Of a stretch of DNA of 60,277 bases, positions 58,862 to 60,277 are shown piece after piece. How positions within the stretch are numbered: the stretch's first letter is position 1; each line of letters begins with the position of its first letter. Location: contig JBMFRX010000008.1 in assembly GCA_049967855.1 (NCBI GenBank), positions 1 through 60,277 on the forward strand. The letters are read 5' to 3'. Under the pieces are notes generated by a model, which did no database searches, was not told the DNA's origin, and was given only the letters and a program-made list of their open reading frames with translations. The stretch is from Caldisericaceae bacterium (GTDB taxonomy: Bacteria > Caldisericota > Caldisericia > Caldisericales > Caldisericaceae). A program made the position numbers and the translations under genes.

Positions 58862-58889
58862 TTGGAAATTATGTCGAGCAAGCTATAAT
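58862..58889 (+). promoter_or_regulatory. Promoter for the PLD gene (probably leaderless mRNA)
   Basis: TTGGAA, 16 nt, TATAAT ending 6 nt before the ATG; no SD. Confidence 0.55.
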
Positions 58890-58895
58890 GCATCT

Positions 58896-59909
58896 ATGAA
58901 GAAAAATAACTCGTTTCTATTCATAATTTTTGTTTTGACAATTATCATTGCAGGGCTTTTTGTGTATTCCATCTTCACAAGCATTGCCCCTCAGAATAGC
59001 CAGCCTTTACAGAACAATTCCTCTTTAAGCAGCGCAGAGCTTTTTACCGAGCCTGATGATTCAATGCAACCAATTATTGATGGGATTGATACTGCAAAGC
59101 AAAGCATTGATGTGGAAGTGTACATATTCACCGACAAAGACGTTTTTGATGCTCTTTTGAATGCCAAGAAGAGAGGCGTCAACGTGAGGGTAATGCTTGA
59201 AGAAAATCCCTACAACAGTTACGGAGCAAACAAAGATATGAAAGACAAACTTTCTCACTACGGAATTGACGCAAAATGGAGCAACAGGGTTTACAAATAC
59301 ACCCATTCAAAATTCATTGTCGTTGACAGCCGCACAGGTTACATAATGACTCTCAACCTTTCAAAGAGCGCGCTGACCAAGAACCGCGAATTTGGTGTAA
59401 TCACATCGGATGCACAAACCGTGAGGGAACTTGAAAAAATCTTTGAGGCTGATTGGGCAAGGAAGCCATACAATCCGCAAAACTCTCCCCTTGTGGTGAG
59501 CCCAGAGAATTCAAGAGACAAAATAACCTCTCTTATAGAGAGCGCTCATTCAGAGCTCCTTATTTACGATGAAGAGATTCAGTGCAAAAGCATAGAGCAG
59601 CTTCTCGAGAAAAAGGCTATCCAGGGGGTGAAAGTTTACGTGGTTGTTGCAGACCCTTCTTCGGTGAGTTCCAATAACGACATAATCACAGAGTTCAGAA
59701 GTCACGAAATAAACATAAGATACGTATCAAGCCCATTTATCCATGCAAAAGCCATTGTTCAAGATAGGACAAACTGCTACATCGGCTCGGTAAACCTTAC
59801 TGATAATTCATTCGACAATAACAGAGAAGTAGGAATCATCACAAACGACCCAGCAATAATATCGTCGGTCAGTCAAACTTTTATGCGTGATTTTGACAAG
59901 GGCAATTGA
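58896..59909 (+). CDS. Membrane-anchored phospholipase D superfamily protein (two HKD motifs)
   Basis: N-terminal TM; HSKFIVVD..NREFG and HAKAIVQD..GSVN..NREVG. Confidence 0.9.
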   Translation: MKKNNSFLFIIFVLTIIIAGLFVYSIFTSIAPQNSQPLQNNSSLSSAELFTEPDDSMQPIIDGIDTAKQSIDVEVYIFTDKDVFDALLNAKKRGVNVRVMLEENPYNSYGANKDMKDKLSHYGIDAKWSNRVYKYTHSKFIVVDSRTGYIMTLNLSKSALTKNREFGVITSDAQTVRELEKIFEADWARKPYNPQNSPLVVSPENSRDKITSLIESAHSELLIYDEEIQCKSIEQLLEKKAIQGVKVYVVVADPSSVSSNNDIITEFRSHEINIRYVSSPFIHAKAIVQDRTNCYIGSVNLTDNSFDNNREVGIITNDPAIISSVSQTFMRDFDKGN

Positions 59910-60277
59910 TTAAGGAGCCCTTCCATAGAGCTCTGTCATCTCTTTCAATTCTAACAAACACTCTTGAATATTGGCTGAAGCTGGGATTCTGAAGCGCCAG
60001 TTATTGCCAACCGTTGCAGGAGTGTTCATTCTGTACGACCCATCCAACCCTAAAATATCCTGCATCGGAATAACAGCAAAATTCGCCACAGAACTTTCGG
60101 CAAGCTTCATCATCTTGATATGAGAGACAGACCCTTGAAAACTTTCGCCGACATATCTTTCAAAGTAATCTTTTTCGGCAGGAGTAGCCTCATTGTCAAA
60201 CCATCCCCTAACAGTGTTATTGTCGTGAGTTCCTGTGTAGGCTACAAAGTTTTTCTCATAATTGTGAGGTAAATACG
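59910..60277 (-). CDS. malQ: 4-alpha-glucanotransferase (GH77), 3' part only; runs off the window
   Basis: YLPHNY..VAYTGTHDNNT..GW, PMQDILGL, RMNTP, NWRFR. Confidence 0.92.
   Translation of the reverse strand, partial: YLPHNYEKNFVAYTGTHDNNTVRGWFDNEATPAEKDYFERYVGESFQGSVSHIKMMKLAESSVANFAVIPMQDILGLDGSYRMNTPATVGNNWRFRIPASANIQECLLELKEMTELYGRAP

Noticed and set aside
58896..59909. PLD as an anti-phage nuclease (DrmC-like)
   Set aside because: N-terminal membrane anchor, two HKD motifs and no helicase/methylase neighbours

Overview
AT-rich, gene-dense bacterial chromosomal segment made mostly of housekeeping and envelope genes. The mix of SLH/CsaB, a GH57 lipoprotein with a stalk domain, large SRP RNA and archaeal-like AOR/PncB suggests an anaerobic Caldisericota-like organism; this is inference only. 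From the left it carries: an IS-transposase remnant with a 77-bp direct repeat at the edge; topB; two tandem cold-shock genes; rarA-pncB; UPF0182; a BsuPI-SLH protein; a lacD-like aldolase/TPR pair; a long envelope cluster (wecC, two-domain TagA/WecG, csaB, comF, glyA, upp, tagO, mnaA, murA, dapF-like, alaX); lipM; a PrsA/SurA-like cluster with a degenerate DUF885 peptidase; dNK, ycf45-like ATPase, tmk and a PEGA protein; SRP RNA; Er-VIT1; hisS-aspS; ROK regulator plus GH57 amylopullulanase; cvpA-queA-tgt; three M42 peptidases-AOR-yfcE-pcp; an ABC transporter with no binding protein; a Liv-type binding protein; PLD; and a partial malQ. No tRNA, rRNA, CRISPR array or prophage was seen. The best leads are a DapF-fold enzyme with an acidic distal pocket (candidate basic amino-acid racemase), a tandem WecG-like+TagA-like glycosyltransferase in a pyruvylated wall-polymer locus, and an unusual envelope-foldase operon. 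All family calls come from motif recognition, not database searches.
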